Assembly: GCA_051294375.1 (NCBI GenBank)
Contig: CM119266.1
Location: forward strand, 4,385,866-4,449,865
Length of the DNA stretch: 64,000 nucleotides
From: Paraspadella gotoi
Taxonomy: Eukaryota; Animalia; Chaetognatha
Direction: 5' to 3'
The notes below the pieces were generated by a model. The model had not been told where the DNA came from. It saw only the letters and a list, made by a program, of their open reading frames with translations, and made no database searches. Shown here piece by piece: positions 1 through 12,132 of this stretch. Numbering within the stretch: the stretch's first letter is position 1; every line of letters begins with the position of its first letter. A program made the position numbers and the translations under genes.

Positions 1-130
1 AAGTTGATTTCGTTGAAGCAGAAAAAAAAAGTTGGTGGAGCGAAAAGGAAAATTCGTGGAATTGAGAATTGAAAAAAGGAAAAAGGAAAAAGGAAAAAGG
101 AAAAAGGAGACTCATCCCGGACTCGGAAAA

Positions 131-408
131 GAGGTTGGACTTGTCCGAAAGAATTAGTTGGGCTTGGCCGAAAAAATGGGTTGGGCTTGGCCGAGAAAGT
201 GGGTTGGGCTTGCACGAGAAAAGGGGTTGGGCCTGGCTGAGAAAGTGGGTTGGGCTTGGACGAGAAAAGGGGTTGGGCTTGGTCGGTAAAGGGGTTGGCC
301 CTGGCCAAGAAAATGGGTTGGCCTTAGACGAGAAAAGAGGTTGGGTTTGGCCATGAAAAAGGGTTGGGCTTGGCCGAGAAAAGGGGTTGGGCCTGGTCGA
401 AAAAAAAC
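131..408. repeat. 23-bp minisatellite, ~12 diverged head-to-tail units (consensus ~GGGTTGGGCTTGGCCGAGAAAAG)
   Basis: Units read directly, e.g. tgggttgggcttggccgagaaag / tgggttgggcttgcacgagaaaa / ggggttgggcctggctgagaaag; no spacers between units. Confidence 0.9.
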
Positions 409-877
409 CGGTCTCTCTCGGGCGGAAAGAACGAAGCGACCGGAAAAAAGAAGAAGATTCGCCGGAAAAAGAAAAATCAATGAAGAGAAAAAATTGAATT
501 TTGAAAAAAAAAGTAGACGACGTCGCATTTGAGAAGTCGATGGCGAAATTATTAGCTTAATTGGTTTTTATATAAGATAGTATTTACTATTAACTATTTA
601 ATATTAGTTAATAGTTAGTGTGTTAAGTATTAAGTCTCAAGTATTAGGTATTAAACATTAAGTAATAAGTATTAAATATTAGACATGAAACAAGCGTAGC
701 GAGTTCATGTTGTTCTAGTCAGTAGACAGTAGTCAGTAGTCAGTCAGTAGTCACAGTTTGTATCAGCAATGAATTCACAGAAAACTGACCTCAAAATGTC
801 TCACTGAACGAAAAAGGGAAATATGAAATTGAAAAGAACGAACTTGATTTTCATGACCTTCATCTCCGCTTTCTTTG

Positions 878-953
<76 letters not shown>

Positions 954-1556
954 CCCCCTTCCTCCGTCACTAACGAGATCGGGATGTTTGCTCAGCCTCG
1001 ACTCATTTCACTTCTTTCCTCCCAAATTCTCCCCTCTCCGTCACAAAACCGCCTAATTTCCACCGTTACGCTCTTCGGCTTCTCGCCTATCGTTCCGTGA
1101 CCGGATTCGACGTAACGAAGTTGATTCGACCGAAAGAAGGAAAGAAACAAGTTTGAGTCGCAAAACACAAAACAGTCCGATGCCACTGAACTCGTTTTTT
1201 TTATGAGTCACTTTTTGTTGGTCGGTCGGTCTGTCTTTTTGTATGTCGGTCCAACTTGAGCTTTGAATAGTTTTGTCCAGGGATTTTTCGTTACGTTAAG
1301 TTACTGTCTTTATTTAGACAATAAATCAGGGGAAGTCGAATTAGAAATGAGAAAATAGAGAATGAAAGACAAATAAAAAAAGTGGAAAGAAATAAAAAGT
1401 GAAAGAGAAAGAAAGAAAAAAAAGAGCAAAAAAGCAAAAAAAGAAAGAAAAAGAGCAAAAAAAGGCAATAGATGCGCAAATGGGATGAGAAGCGACAAGG
1501 AAGATCAGATTTCGTTTTGTCCACTTCTATTCTCCGATATCTTTTTTATAAAAAGT

Positions 1557-1765
1557 ATCCATTCATTTAATAAATAAGCTATCTTGCCCTTGACTTTGGA
1601 CAGGCTTTGGTGGTTTAAGGCCTCCATCACTCTTACAGGATGATGACATAGCAGGTCCCTGCAAGCTTTCGATCAAGACTCTCTCACAGTCTCGTTTGTT
1701 CACTCCCAGAGTACCTGGCTTCCCTATTAATGAAGTATAATATTTCAAAGAATTTTTCAATTGTA
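1557..1765 (+). repeat. Unclassified ~200-bp dispersed repeat, copy 1
   Basis: gctatcttgcccttgactttggacaggc...gactctctcacagtctcg...ccagagtacctggcttccctat recurs in reverse complement at ~9470-9705 and in diverged form at ~31000-31140, ~53900-54305 and ~55480-55715. Confidence 0.85.
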
Positions 1766-2056
1766 TAAAAAGAGGACTCCCTTATGAGTTATGACCCTTA
1801 AGACAACTCCCACTATGTTTCTCCTTCTCTCCGACTGTCAGTCTCTCCATTTCTTAGTCCTTCCATTTCTGATTATCAGTCTCTCCCTCCCTCTCTCCAT
1901 TCATCCGTCAATCCAACTTTCCGTCCATTCAACCAAAACCCAACAGAGTCTGAGAACGAAAAAAGATCCTAAATTTAAGCGAGAGAAAAAAAAAATTCCA
2001 TTTGCTTCGTCGCTTCTTTCGTTTTCAATCTCTCACGAACGGATGTGATGACATGC

Positions 2057-2113
<57 letters not shown>

Positions 2114-2357
2114 GAGCGAGTGCTTCTCACATCTTGGCCAACATAGTCTCTCCGCCGCGTTTCCGGTTAATCCGCGACGCGCGTGCGATTCTCGAATTAC
2201 GTTCCTTATTCGTCGTCGTCGTCGGCGTCGTCGTCGTGGTTGTCGTCGTCGTCCACTTTGTTCTCCTTTTCTTTTTTCTTTCTGTCTTTCTCCCTCTCTC
2301 TTTCTGTCTTTCTCCCTTCCCCTTTCTTTCTTTCTTTCATTCGATTGATGTCTTCTA

Positions 2358-2359
2358 TT

Positions 2360-2458
<99 letters not shown>

Positions 2459-2472
2459 CTCTCTCTCTCTCA
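2358..2472. repeat. (CTTT)n/(CT)n microsatellite
   Basis: Direct reading; it generates the FFLS/KKER ORFs in the track. Confidence 0.95.
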
Positions 2473-3387
2473 TACCAACAATTACTTTCTGATGTTAATG
2501 TCGTCGCTTCGCTTCGGTTTTTCCTTAAATCGACGCCGTTTGTTTCGTCTCCGCAAAAAAAAACCGAGCGGCCATTTTTAACGCTTCTTTATCTCCCTAT
2601 GGTGGGTCCACCCACCACCACACCCTGCACTGACACCCTTGCCATGCTATGCCATGCCATGCCATGCCCCGACTGCATCGCTCTCTCTCTCTCCTCTTTT
2701 CCTCGATGTTTGACTTTCGCGCATTCGATGCGAATTGGGAAACGATTTCGTCCGCAATTTCCGNNNNNNNNNNNNNNNNNNNNNNNNNNNNNNNNNNNNN
2801 NNNNNNNNNNNNNNNNNNNNNNNNNNNNNNNNNNNNNNNNNNNNNNNNNNNNNNNNNNNNNNNNNNNNNNNNNNNNNNNNNNNNNNNNNNNNNNNNNNNN
2901 NNNNNNNNNNNNNNNNNNNNNNNNNNNNNNNNNNNNNNNNNNNNNNNNNNNNNNNNTCTCTCTCCCTATCCCTCCCCGCACCCGTTTTGGGCTCGAAAAA
3001 TTGATTTGGCTCAAAGTCGAAATTTTGATTCAAAAGAAAAAAAGATTGTTTATAAAATTAGTACAAACGATACAAAAATTGATAAGCCTCTTTACTTAGG
3101 AAAGAATATATATTATATTGCGTTGTGGCTTCCATCCTTATTTTTATTTATGTACATTAGAGTGATATATTAGAGTGTACATATTAGTAATTGCCATATT
3201 AAACATTTTTTTTCATTTTAGAATGGGACAAGGATGTTAAGCACTATTGTCTATGGGAAATAGACGGAGCCTCTTTACGAAACGAGGTTAAAATAATTTT
3301 TGCTCGCATAAACTTTAATATATACTTTTCATATATGTATGAAAGAAAGTCAATATAATTTTAAACTCTCTCCTCCCCATAACTCAC

Positions 3388-4034
3388 CGCGCTGTCGTCT
3401 TGTATTCCGCTATCCGATCTTTCGTGATGATGTTGTTGTTGTTGTTGTTGTTGTCTCCTCTGATGACGCTGACGCTGTTGCTGTTGATACTGCGGCTGCG
3501 GATGCTGCGACTGCTGATGCTGAGGATGCTGCACTGTATGCTGCTGCTTTTCGCGGACTCCGGATTCCGATTGCAGCTGCATCGTCGCATAGAGATTTTC
3601 TTCGTCGTTATCGTCGTCGGCGGCGTTCTTTCTTTTAACCGGCGTCGAATCTCGGCGTTCCGGCGCGTTTTCTTCCGTCGCCGCGAAGACTCGCGTCAAA
3701 ATCGGCGTCAAAATCGGAAGCGAAGATGACGGCGTCGATTTGGGAAAAACTGGAGCGACGAGGGAGGTTGCTGGAGCTGGAGAGAGGGATGCTGGAGCGG
3801 AGACGAAGTTTAGAGGAGTAGTTGGATAATAAAGGGATTTTGGTGGAGTCGGAATTACGAACGGCGACGAGTGAGAATGAAGCGGGGAACAGGTCACTGG
3901 AGCGATGGATGGAGTAGGAACGGGCAGGGGAGCGGGCGAAGGAGCGGTCGAAGGAGCGGACGCCCTCTTCGGTTCGATCGAAGAGGCAGAACAGTTAACT
4001 GACGCTTGGAAATTTCCTTCGGCGTTGAGCGAAT
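3388..4034 (-). CDS. Internal coding exon (647 bp) of an unidentified protein: Pro/Ser/Thr-rich region, then acidic DDDNDEENLYATM, polyQ/H and DSGIQDDS
   Basis: Minus strand: polypyrimidine acceptor tttttttttctctttag|attc (AG at 4035-4036) and consensus donor gcg|GTGAGT (3382-3387). The frame is open for ~215 codons between them and GC is higher than the flanks. Confidence 0.8.
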
Positions 4035-4478
4035 CTAAAGAGAAAAAAAAANNNNNNNNNNNNNNNNNNNNNNNNNNNNNNNNNNNNNNNNNNNNNNNNN
4101 NNNNNNNNNNNNNNNNNNNNNNNNNNNNNNNNNNNNNNNNNNNNNNNNNNNNNNNNNNNNNNNNNNNNNNNNNNNNNNNNNNNNNNNNNNNNNNNNNNNN
4201 NNNNNNNNNNNNNNNNNNNNNNNNNNNNNNNNNNNNNNNNNNNNNNNNNNNNNNNNNNNNNNNNNNNNNNNNNNNNNNNNNNNNNNNNNNNNNNNNNNNN
4301 NNNNNNNNNNNNNNNNNNNNNNNNNNNNNNNNNNNNNNNNNNNNNNNNNNNNNNNNNNNNNNNNNNNNNNNNNNNNNNNNNNNNNNNNNNNNNNNNNNNN
4401 NNNNNNNNNNNNNNNNNNNNNNNNNNNNNNNNNNNNNNNNNNNNNNNNNNNNNNNNNNNNNNNNNNNNNNNNNNNNNN

Positions 4479-4515
<37 letters not shown>

Positions 4516-5346
4516 TTTCATAGACTGATATTTAAAAAGATATGAAAGGCGGGCCGACGCGCGAAGACAAAGAAATGAGAGAAATTTGAAACTTTTTCTT
4601 TTTTTTTTCTTTTTTCTTTTTTTCCTTAATTTTGTCGATTTTTTATTTCGAAATTAAATTTAAAAAAAATGTGGAGCGAATTATTTGCGAATCTGTGATG
4701 AATTATGACGAATAATTTGTTAAGAATTTTTTAAAAATTTTGTTTGTCAAAGTTTTTAAAACGATTTCTTTGCAAGTTGTTAAAATAAAAAGAATGTTTC
4801 TCCATGGATACGCAAATGTAATTGAATTTGAATGACTCTCTAAATTTCACATATATATTATATATAATAAAACAATTTTTGAACTACCATATGGATTTAT
4901 TTTGGAAAGCCGTAGCCATAGGCATAAGCTAAAAAAAGAATTCTACTAACAAAAAAAAACTCTTTTACTCTAATCATCGCCTGACGAAAAAGATTTACCT
5001 CCGCCCAGAAATTTCGTGAGAGAAAAAAAATCTGTAAAAGATTTTTGTTTGTTTTCATTACGTCTCCCCGGACCGACAGACCGACAGACCGACAGACCGT
5101 CGAGATTATTATTATTACTTTTTTTATTTATCTTCATGAAATAATACTCTGTTTCCGCAAACATGAACCTTCACTCTCTCTCTCTCCCTCTCTCTCTCCC
5201 TCTCNNNNNNNNNNNNNNNNNNNNNNNNNNNNNNNNNNNNNNNNNNNNNNNNNNNNNNNNNNNNNNNNNNNNNNNNNNNNNNNNNNNNNNNNNNNNNNNN
5301 NNNNNNNNNNNNNNNNNNNNNNNNNNNNNNNNNNNNNNNNNNNNNN

Positions 5347-5866
5347 AACAAGATCGGTCTATCCAATGTGTTGCGCCGCAGTGACTTTTTTTCACTTGTA
5401 TTTCTCTATGATCACGTGACTATAAATTTATTTATATATATTTATATGGTTGATCACTTCTCTGCAAAGTTTCAACTCAAACAACCAGACATTACAAGAA
5501 ATATGCCGCTTTTACTTTTTGATTTAGACGCATTCTGACCAATCTGCCAAATATTAACTAAAATGACTCAGTATTTCTTGAATTATCCCGCATTACATTT
5601 TATCCCGTGTATTTCCATGCATTTTCTACATGTGCTGCTTGGAATTAAATTTATATAAGATTTCTTTCAAAAAAAAAAAAAGGCAGCGCTCGCAGTCGCT
5701 TAGATTTGAAGGTTTTTCCTTTCATAACAAATGATCAACCAAGTATAGGCGAGTTATGTGCTTTTTAACGTAAGTAAGATAGACCGACGGACCGACATAC
5801 CAACAGACAGACAGACCTAAAAGTGGCTTATAGAGTTGCAACGCGAGTAATGGTGGCGCAACTCAA
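5347..5866 (+). mobile_element. Non-autonomous Helentron/HINE (DINE-1-like) element candidate
   Basis: Begins aacaag after a gap. Inverted repeat gttgcgcc (5370-5377) / ggcgcaac (5855-5862). GACC/GACA tandem tract at 5781-5818. 3' stem gagttgc (5833-5839) / gcaactc (5858-5864). Similar 3' ends near 1200-1240 (-), 52218-52272 (-) and 63600-63655 (+). Confidence 0.5.
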
Positions 5867-7087
5867 GAAAGGCTGCAACAAAAGGGAAGATTGANNNNNN
5901 NNNNNNNNNNNNNNNNNNNNNNNNNNNNNNNNNNNNNNNNNNNNNNNNNNNNNNNNNNNNNNNNNNNNNNNNNNNNNNNNNNNNNNNNNNNNNNNNNNNN
6001 NNNNNNNNNNNNNNNNNNNNNNNNNNNNNNNNNNNNNNNNNNNNNNNNNNNNNNNNNNNNNNNNNNNNNNNNNNNNNNNNNNNNNNNNNNNNNNNNNNNN
6101 NNNNNNNNNNNNNNNNNNNNNNNNAGAGGGAGTGGGAGAGATGTGGTGGGTGGAGGGTGGATGGTAGATTTATATATCACAAAGAGAAAGGGAGAGAGCG
6201 AGAGAGAGAGAGAGAGACCGACCGGTAAAGCGATCGAAATGCGATGGCACTTATCTCTCCATTTGGTTGTGTTTGCATAACCGAAGATTCTCCCGCCATA
6301 ACTCAATCAACTGATAAATGGATTTTAAGAAACGTCCACGCATCGTTTTATTTAATTTTGGATGGTCGGTCACTATATTAGTTAAAAAAATATTATTTTT
6401 TTTATTATGATATATTTTAAAATTAAAATAATTCATTCATTAAATAAATATTCAGTCTTGTCTCATCCCTTTATATGAGACAGTTATCATAATTTAAGCG
6501 ATTGATAATGGTATTTTACATTTTTAAAATCTCTTTAATTTTTTTTTAATGACAACGCATCATGGACGTTATTGGTTGTCCTCCATCTGGTCACCATGCA
6601 TCAACGTTTCCGCGACAACGAATCGAATTTCCCGCCAAAAATGTTTATTTTCTTAGTCGATCTTCGGTGGTGAAAATATTATCCGTCCAATTTTGACCCA
6701 AAGATCGAAAGATCGAATAAAAAAACGTAAAAAAAGGGCGGAAAAGATAATATAAAATATTATTAAAGTAATTTTAATGCTAAAATATATATTACTATTA
6801 TCTATTATCAAAGTATTATTAAATTTTAACTATTATTATTAAAGTTTGAAGAACGACGCTTGATACTCCCAGTCCTTCTATCGATTTTCAACTTTCCATT
6901 TTAAATGAAAAACAAAAAACAACAAAAACGAAAACAAACAGATTAGATATTTTTTGATTTGTAGAAAAATGAATTAACCATTTGAAAGAAAACGAATTCT
7001 CTCTTCGCTTTGCCTTTGTTTTCTTTTTTTGGTTTCTATTCTTTCATTTTTTTTTATCCCTTCCTTCAAAATTTTTTCATGGAATGA

Positions 7088-7144
7088 GGATTGAATTGAA
7101 TTGTATTGAATTGAATTGAATTGAATTGAATTGAATTGAATTGA
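7088..7144. repeat. (GAATT)n pentanucleotide microsatellite
   Basis: Direct reading. Confidence 0.9.
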
Positions 7145-8312
7145 GGATGGAATCGTTTGCGTTAATCACCATTTAATCCTTTCCCCCTTTTTAAACTCAT
7201 ATTCCCCCCTCAAACGACACTCCAACAGCTCTTCTCCCCCGTCTTATCACATGCCTATCCTGAAACCCCATTTCCTTCTCCCCCTTCCCACCCTAATCCC
7301 CGCCACGCTCATATACCCATGCCCCCAGGCAAAATTCCAACCCCAACCTCTTACACCGCCCACCCCAAATGAGACCCCATTCTTTCTCTATCATCTCATT
7401 TTTCTTAATAAGATATCCGCTGTTGAAAATATAATACGCGCTTGACGTGTCTCGTTAATTTGCTATTCGCGAGAATCATCAATTCAAAATGGCTCGTCTT
7501 AATGTTTTCTATCTTACTATTTTTTTTTTCTTTTGTTTTTAATTGATAAATATAATCCTTGATTTTAAAATATTTTTGGTTTTTTTTTTTTTTTTTTTTT
7601 GTTCTTTTCTTGAGGGACGTTGTTAACTCGTGCCGCCTCAAGGCTCAATTAAAAATTAATTATATTTCGTAATTTGTCGTTGATATTTTTATTTTTATTT
7701 TCAAACTAGAAAAAGTAAATTTGTTTGATTATTTTATTAATACAGAAGTAGTATATTTAGTCGACAAAACGCATTGTAAATGATGTTTGAAGATGTTCCT
7801 CTCGAGACGAAAAAAACTTTTCAAAAATATGCAAAAAAGAAAATGCAAATTATCAAAAAAACGGGACAAAAAAGGGAAAGAAAAAAAAGGAGTGAAAAAA
7901 TATTTTCTCCGGGATCAAAAACGAGGCTCAAGCCTCACTCTCACTCAGTCTCCAAAAAAATAAAGAAAGATAGAAAGAAAAATCCCGAAAGGCGACTAAT
8001 TGACGTCGATTAGCGTCGAAGAACTTCCTTCCTCGACGAAGATAAGAGGAAAGGGTAAGTTATGACGAGGGAGGGACGCGGCTGGCGGAAGAGGGTAAGT
8101 CAACTCGTCCCGTTTGACCGACTGCGATAACATCGCCGCCGCCGCCGCCGCCGCCGCAGCTGATTAACGAATGTAACGTCGAGATCCGTTCCTCGATTGT
8201 CGTTTTGTTTCTTTTTTAAAATTTCGAGGTTTTTTTTTGCGTTTACGAGCGAACGACGCGAGATGTCACTCATGCGGAGAAAAAAGTCATAAAAATAGGC
8301 TTGAAAATGAAT

Positions 8313-8380
<68 letters not shown>

Positions 8381-8949
8381 AAGGAGGGAGAAGAAATAAA
8401 CTCCGTCTTGAAGGATTCACTTTCGCATAACTTCATGAGTGGAGGTCGTGAAGTTGACTTAATTATTCTCTTGACGATCGAAAAGAAAAATTCTGACTTC
8501 ATCTTGGAAGTTTTGAAGGATAATAAGACAAAGGAAATGGAAGGGAGGAAAATAAATAGGATGGAAGAAAGAAAAGAAAAGAAAGATAAAAAAAAGAAAG
8601 ATAAAAAAAAAAATTCGGGAAGATTGGATTTAAGGTGGAAGTAAAGTATGAAGTAAAGAAAGAAGAAAATAGGAAAGATGGAAGGAGGAACAGATAAAAC
8701 AACGGAGGATGGAAGATAGAAATGTAGGTAAGGAAATAGAAATAGAATTAAAAAAAATAGGAATAGACAATGAAAAGAAAAGAAATAGAAATAGGAATAG
8801 AAAGAATAGAAATAGGAATAGACAATGAAAAGAAAAAAATAGGAAAATAAAAAGCAACTGAAGGACAATAACTTAGGAATGGAAAAACAAACTCGAGACT
8901 CAAACANNNNNNNNNNNNNNNNNNNNNNNNNAAAGAAGCAGAGATCTCA

Positions 8950-9142
8950 GCGGCGCATTGGTGGCCCGGGAGGCAAGTCCATTCGCCTCCCAACCAAAGG
9001 TCGCGGGTTCCTAAGCCCGGTGCGTCGCCCTAGCTAGTTAAGAGGACGGGGCCCGCTTACCCGCCTGTACACTCGTGTCTACAGCCTGCAATCCGAAGCC
9101 TCAGGGACTGCTTATTCTGCACACCGGTTCTGTCATTAACCC
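8950..9142 (+). mobile_element. tRNA-Gly(CCC)-derived SINE or tRNA pseudogene with a GC-rich 3' body
   Basis: Acceptor-like stem gcggcgca (8950-8957) / tgcgtcgc (9021-9028). gcattggtgg and tcgcctccca resemble eukaryotic tRNA-Gly(CCC). Degenerate T-arm cgggttcctaagcccg. About 110 bp of GC-rich sequence follows. Confidence 0.6.
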
Positions 9143-9469
9143 ATATATCACATAATTACTGTCTCTTCAATCACGAAAGAATACGATAGGAATAGACATG
9201 AAAGAAAAAACATAGAAAAGGAATAGAAGATAAAAGTAGACAATGAAAAAAAATCAGAAGAAGCAATAACTAATAGGAATGGAAAACAAACTCGATGCAC
9301 TCAAACGAAGAAAAAAGAAAGAAAAAACTCGAAGGACCGAGAAGGCGAAAGCGACCAGGGCGAGAGAGAGAGAAAGAGAGAGAGGGAAAGAAAGAAAGAA
9401 AGAGAGAGAGAATCCGGCACGTGAGTTTTTAACGTCTGTAATGGCAAATCGTGGGTTTGTAATATAAAG

Positions 9470-9705
9470 AAACATTCTTTGAAACATTATACCACTTCAT
9501 TGATAGGGAAGCCAGGTACTCTGGGAGTGAATAAACGAGACTGTGAGAGAGTCTTGATTGAAAGCTTGGAGAGACCTGCAAAGTCATTATCTTGTAAGAG
9601 TGATGGAGGCCTTAAACCACCAAAGCCTGTCTAAAGTCAAGGGCAAGATAGCTTATTTATTTAATGACTGAATAAATTTATATTGATTGTACCAATTTCA
9701 TATGA
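9470..9705 (-). repeat. Unclassified ~200-bp dispersed repeat, copy 2 (inverted relative to 1557-1765)
   Basis: gatagggaagccaggtactctgggagtg...gagactgtgagagagtcttg...aagtcaagggcaagatagc is the reverse complement of copy 1 with scattered substitutions. Confidence 0.85.
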
Positions 9706-9834
9706 ATGTCTTGCACTAATTTCAGTTCTTCCGTCTATAAATCATAATGGCAGTAATGTAATGAAATGTAATATATAGTACAACCAACATTAACGTCTGT
9801 CTTCCTCTAATGTCAGTAAGTGCATCTCTAATGA

Positions 9835-10479
9835 CAGAACTTCCGTCGCGAATGTGTGTCAGTCTCAGATATCAGTACGTCCCTACCTTCCAATCCGTCT
9901 ATCACAATGTTATCACAATTTCATATTTGTATGATATAACAGTTAACAATCAGCCGGTGATTATCGTTTCAAAAATCTCTTTAAAATCTTTCCGTCTGCT
10001 TTTCCCGCCACCTTTCATTCAGTCAGTCAGTCAGTCCGTCCCTAATTTATCGCCAATCCGTTTCTCATGTCAGTACGTCCCTCTTTAAGGTCCCGTCCGT
10101 CCGCCTGTAAAGTCCGTTCACCTTAACTGATTCCATTTCCCGAAATCTCTGATTGTCTCGAATCTTTTTTTGTTTTCGTCCAAAAAACATTTTCGAGAAT
10201 TCCAAGGAAAAAAAAGGAAAAAAGAAAACTTAGCCCCGAATTCCTTTTGGGTGAAAGAATTAATCTTTTTTTTTTTCTTTAAATCCCGACAGGAATGCCA
10301 GCGGCACGCGAGGTCGGGATGGCGGCGCGTCCAGGCCGCGGCGGCGCGGTGGGGGGGGGGGGGAGGGGGGACGGGCCGCGAAAAAAAAAAAAAGAAGAGG
10401 GATTCCAAAGAAAGGGAAGAAAGAAGGAAAATCAACAACAAAAAAATTCGAAAAAGAAAAAAAAAGAAAAAAGAAAAAC

Positions 10480-10510
<31 letters not shown>

Positions 10511-10607
10511 AAGGGGTTTTTTTTTTTTTGGCCGAAATGGTTCTCTGTCTCGCTATTCGCGTTTCGGACGATGGTAGACGACGAATTCCGATGCTCCTCT
10601 CTCCTTC

Positions 10608-10670
<63 letters not shown>

Positions 10671-12132
10671 TCCACGCTGACGTGACGAGAGACCCACCGA
10701 GCTTATATGGTGGAAATTAACGCTGGGGTAACGATTTCGCGGGGATTAGAGAAGACAGAGAGTAGAGAGGGAGAGAGAGAGATGAGAGGAGAGAGAGAGA
10801 AGAGAGAGAAGGAGAGGAGAGAGAGATGAGAGAGAGAGATAGGAGAGAGGAGAGTTCCAGGGTCAGATCCGTGATGGGTCTGGGTCAGGTTGTGGGATGA
10901 GAAGAGGAATATTCAGTTAGTGTTTTTTTGTAGCAAAAAGAGAAAATCGCGAAAATTACTCAAGCTGCGCTAGACGACGAGACGAGACGACGACGGACGA
11001 CGACGACCGACGGACAAACGATCGACGACAAACGACGACGACAAGCTCTGGTATCTGGAGGCGGCCATTCAGCCAGAGCCAGAGAAGGCCTCTCTCTCTT
11101 GTCCAGGGGAGTCGGATTCATTCGTCTCAATCGCTTTAGTTCGTTCTCCACCAGGAAGAGAGAGAAGAGAGAGAGAGAGAGAGGAGAAAAGAGAGAAGAG
11201 GAGAGAAGAGATCAATTTCCATCGTCAAAGGAAACAAACTTTCTTTTCTCAAAAATTTTAATTGCATTATGTTTCTTAAAATAATTCAACAGGAAACTTG
11301 ACGAGCTAGGCGTTTTGTTATAGAAGCGACCGGCGATTAGTTAGTGCAACTGGGCGATCGGTTAATGGCAACTGGCGATTGTGCTATGGCAAATTGATTG
11401 GTTAATGGCAATTGACGATGAGTCAACCAGTCATTGGTGATTGGTTAAATGGGCAAAATGGCGATTCGGTTAATAAGCTAGCTCAATGTTTTAAAAAGCG
11501 ACCTGGCCGAATTCCGGAAATCATTTCCCGTCCACCGACGACAACGACCGAACGACCGACGACCCAACGACGGAACAACCCCGGAACAACGACATAGTGA
11601 CGCGAACAAAATGTTTCAAAATGAAAAAAAAGCTTTTTAGTCAAATTAAAACGCATTTTGTCGATTACTTTTACTTTTACGACGATGTAAGACCGCGAAA
11701 AGAAGAAAAAGATGAAAACGACGACCATATTAAATAAATTTTAAATTAAATTAAATTAAATTAAATTAAATTAAATTAAATTAAATTTCTTAAAATCAAA
11801 ACCCGAGTCATTCGCAAAGAGGGAGACGGAGTCATTCGTAAAGAGGGCGATCGGACACAAATGGACATAATTGGACGCTGGACAGTCCGCTCGAAGTTGA
11901 GTTGATGAATGATGAAACTGAAAAGTTGATGTGGCAAAGTTTTGTGTGGAATTTGTGTGGAATTAGGAAAGGTAGCGAGTTTGGTCGAACTGGCAAATCG
12001 CGAGGCCGGCGAGTGGCATTTAGTCATTTTAACTGGCAGATTTGAATTTGTATTTATCGCTGCGATGGTTAAAAGTTTTGTAGTCGTCACAAAGAGGCTC
12101 GAATTATAAGCACCACCCTGCAAAATTCCCTA
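9835..12132 (+). repeat. 2.3-kb segment duplicated at 24186-26635 (probable assembly redundancy)
   Basis: Colinear from gaacttccgtcgcgaat to ccctgcaaaattcccta. The core at 10250-10490 is essentially identical; the flanks differ mostly by 1-bp indels. Confidence 0.9.

Noticed and set aside
131-408. CRISPR-like array
   Set aside because: Units are contiguous with no unique spacers, the context is eukaryotic, and there are no cas genes.
1563-1760. 65-aa ORF in the dispersed repeat as a Penelope GIY-YIG C-terminus
   Set aside because: The resemblance is vague, the frame is interrupted in the 9470 copy, and there is no adjacent RT.
2002-3099. 365-aa ORF and the many similar SLSL/RERE/FFLS/poly-F ORFs across the window
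   Set aside because: These are translations of microsatellites and N gaps, not genes.
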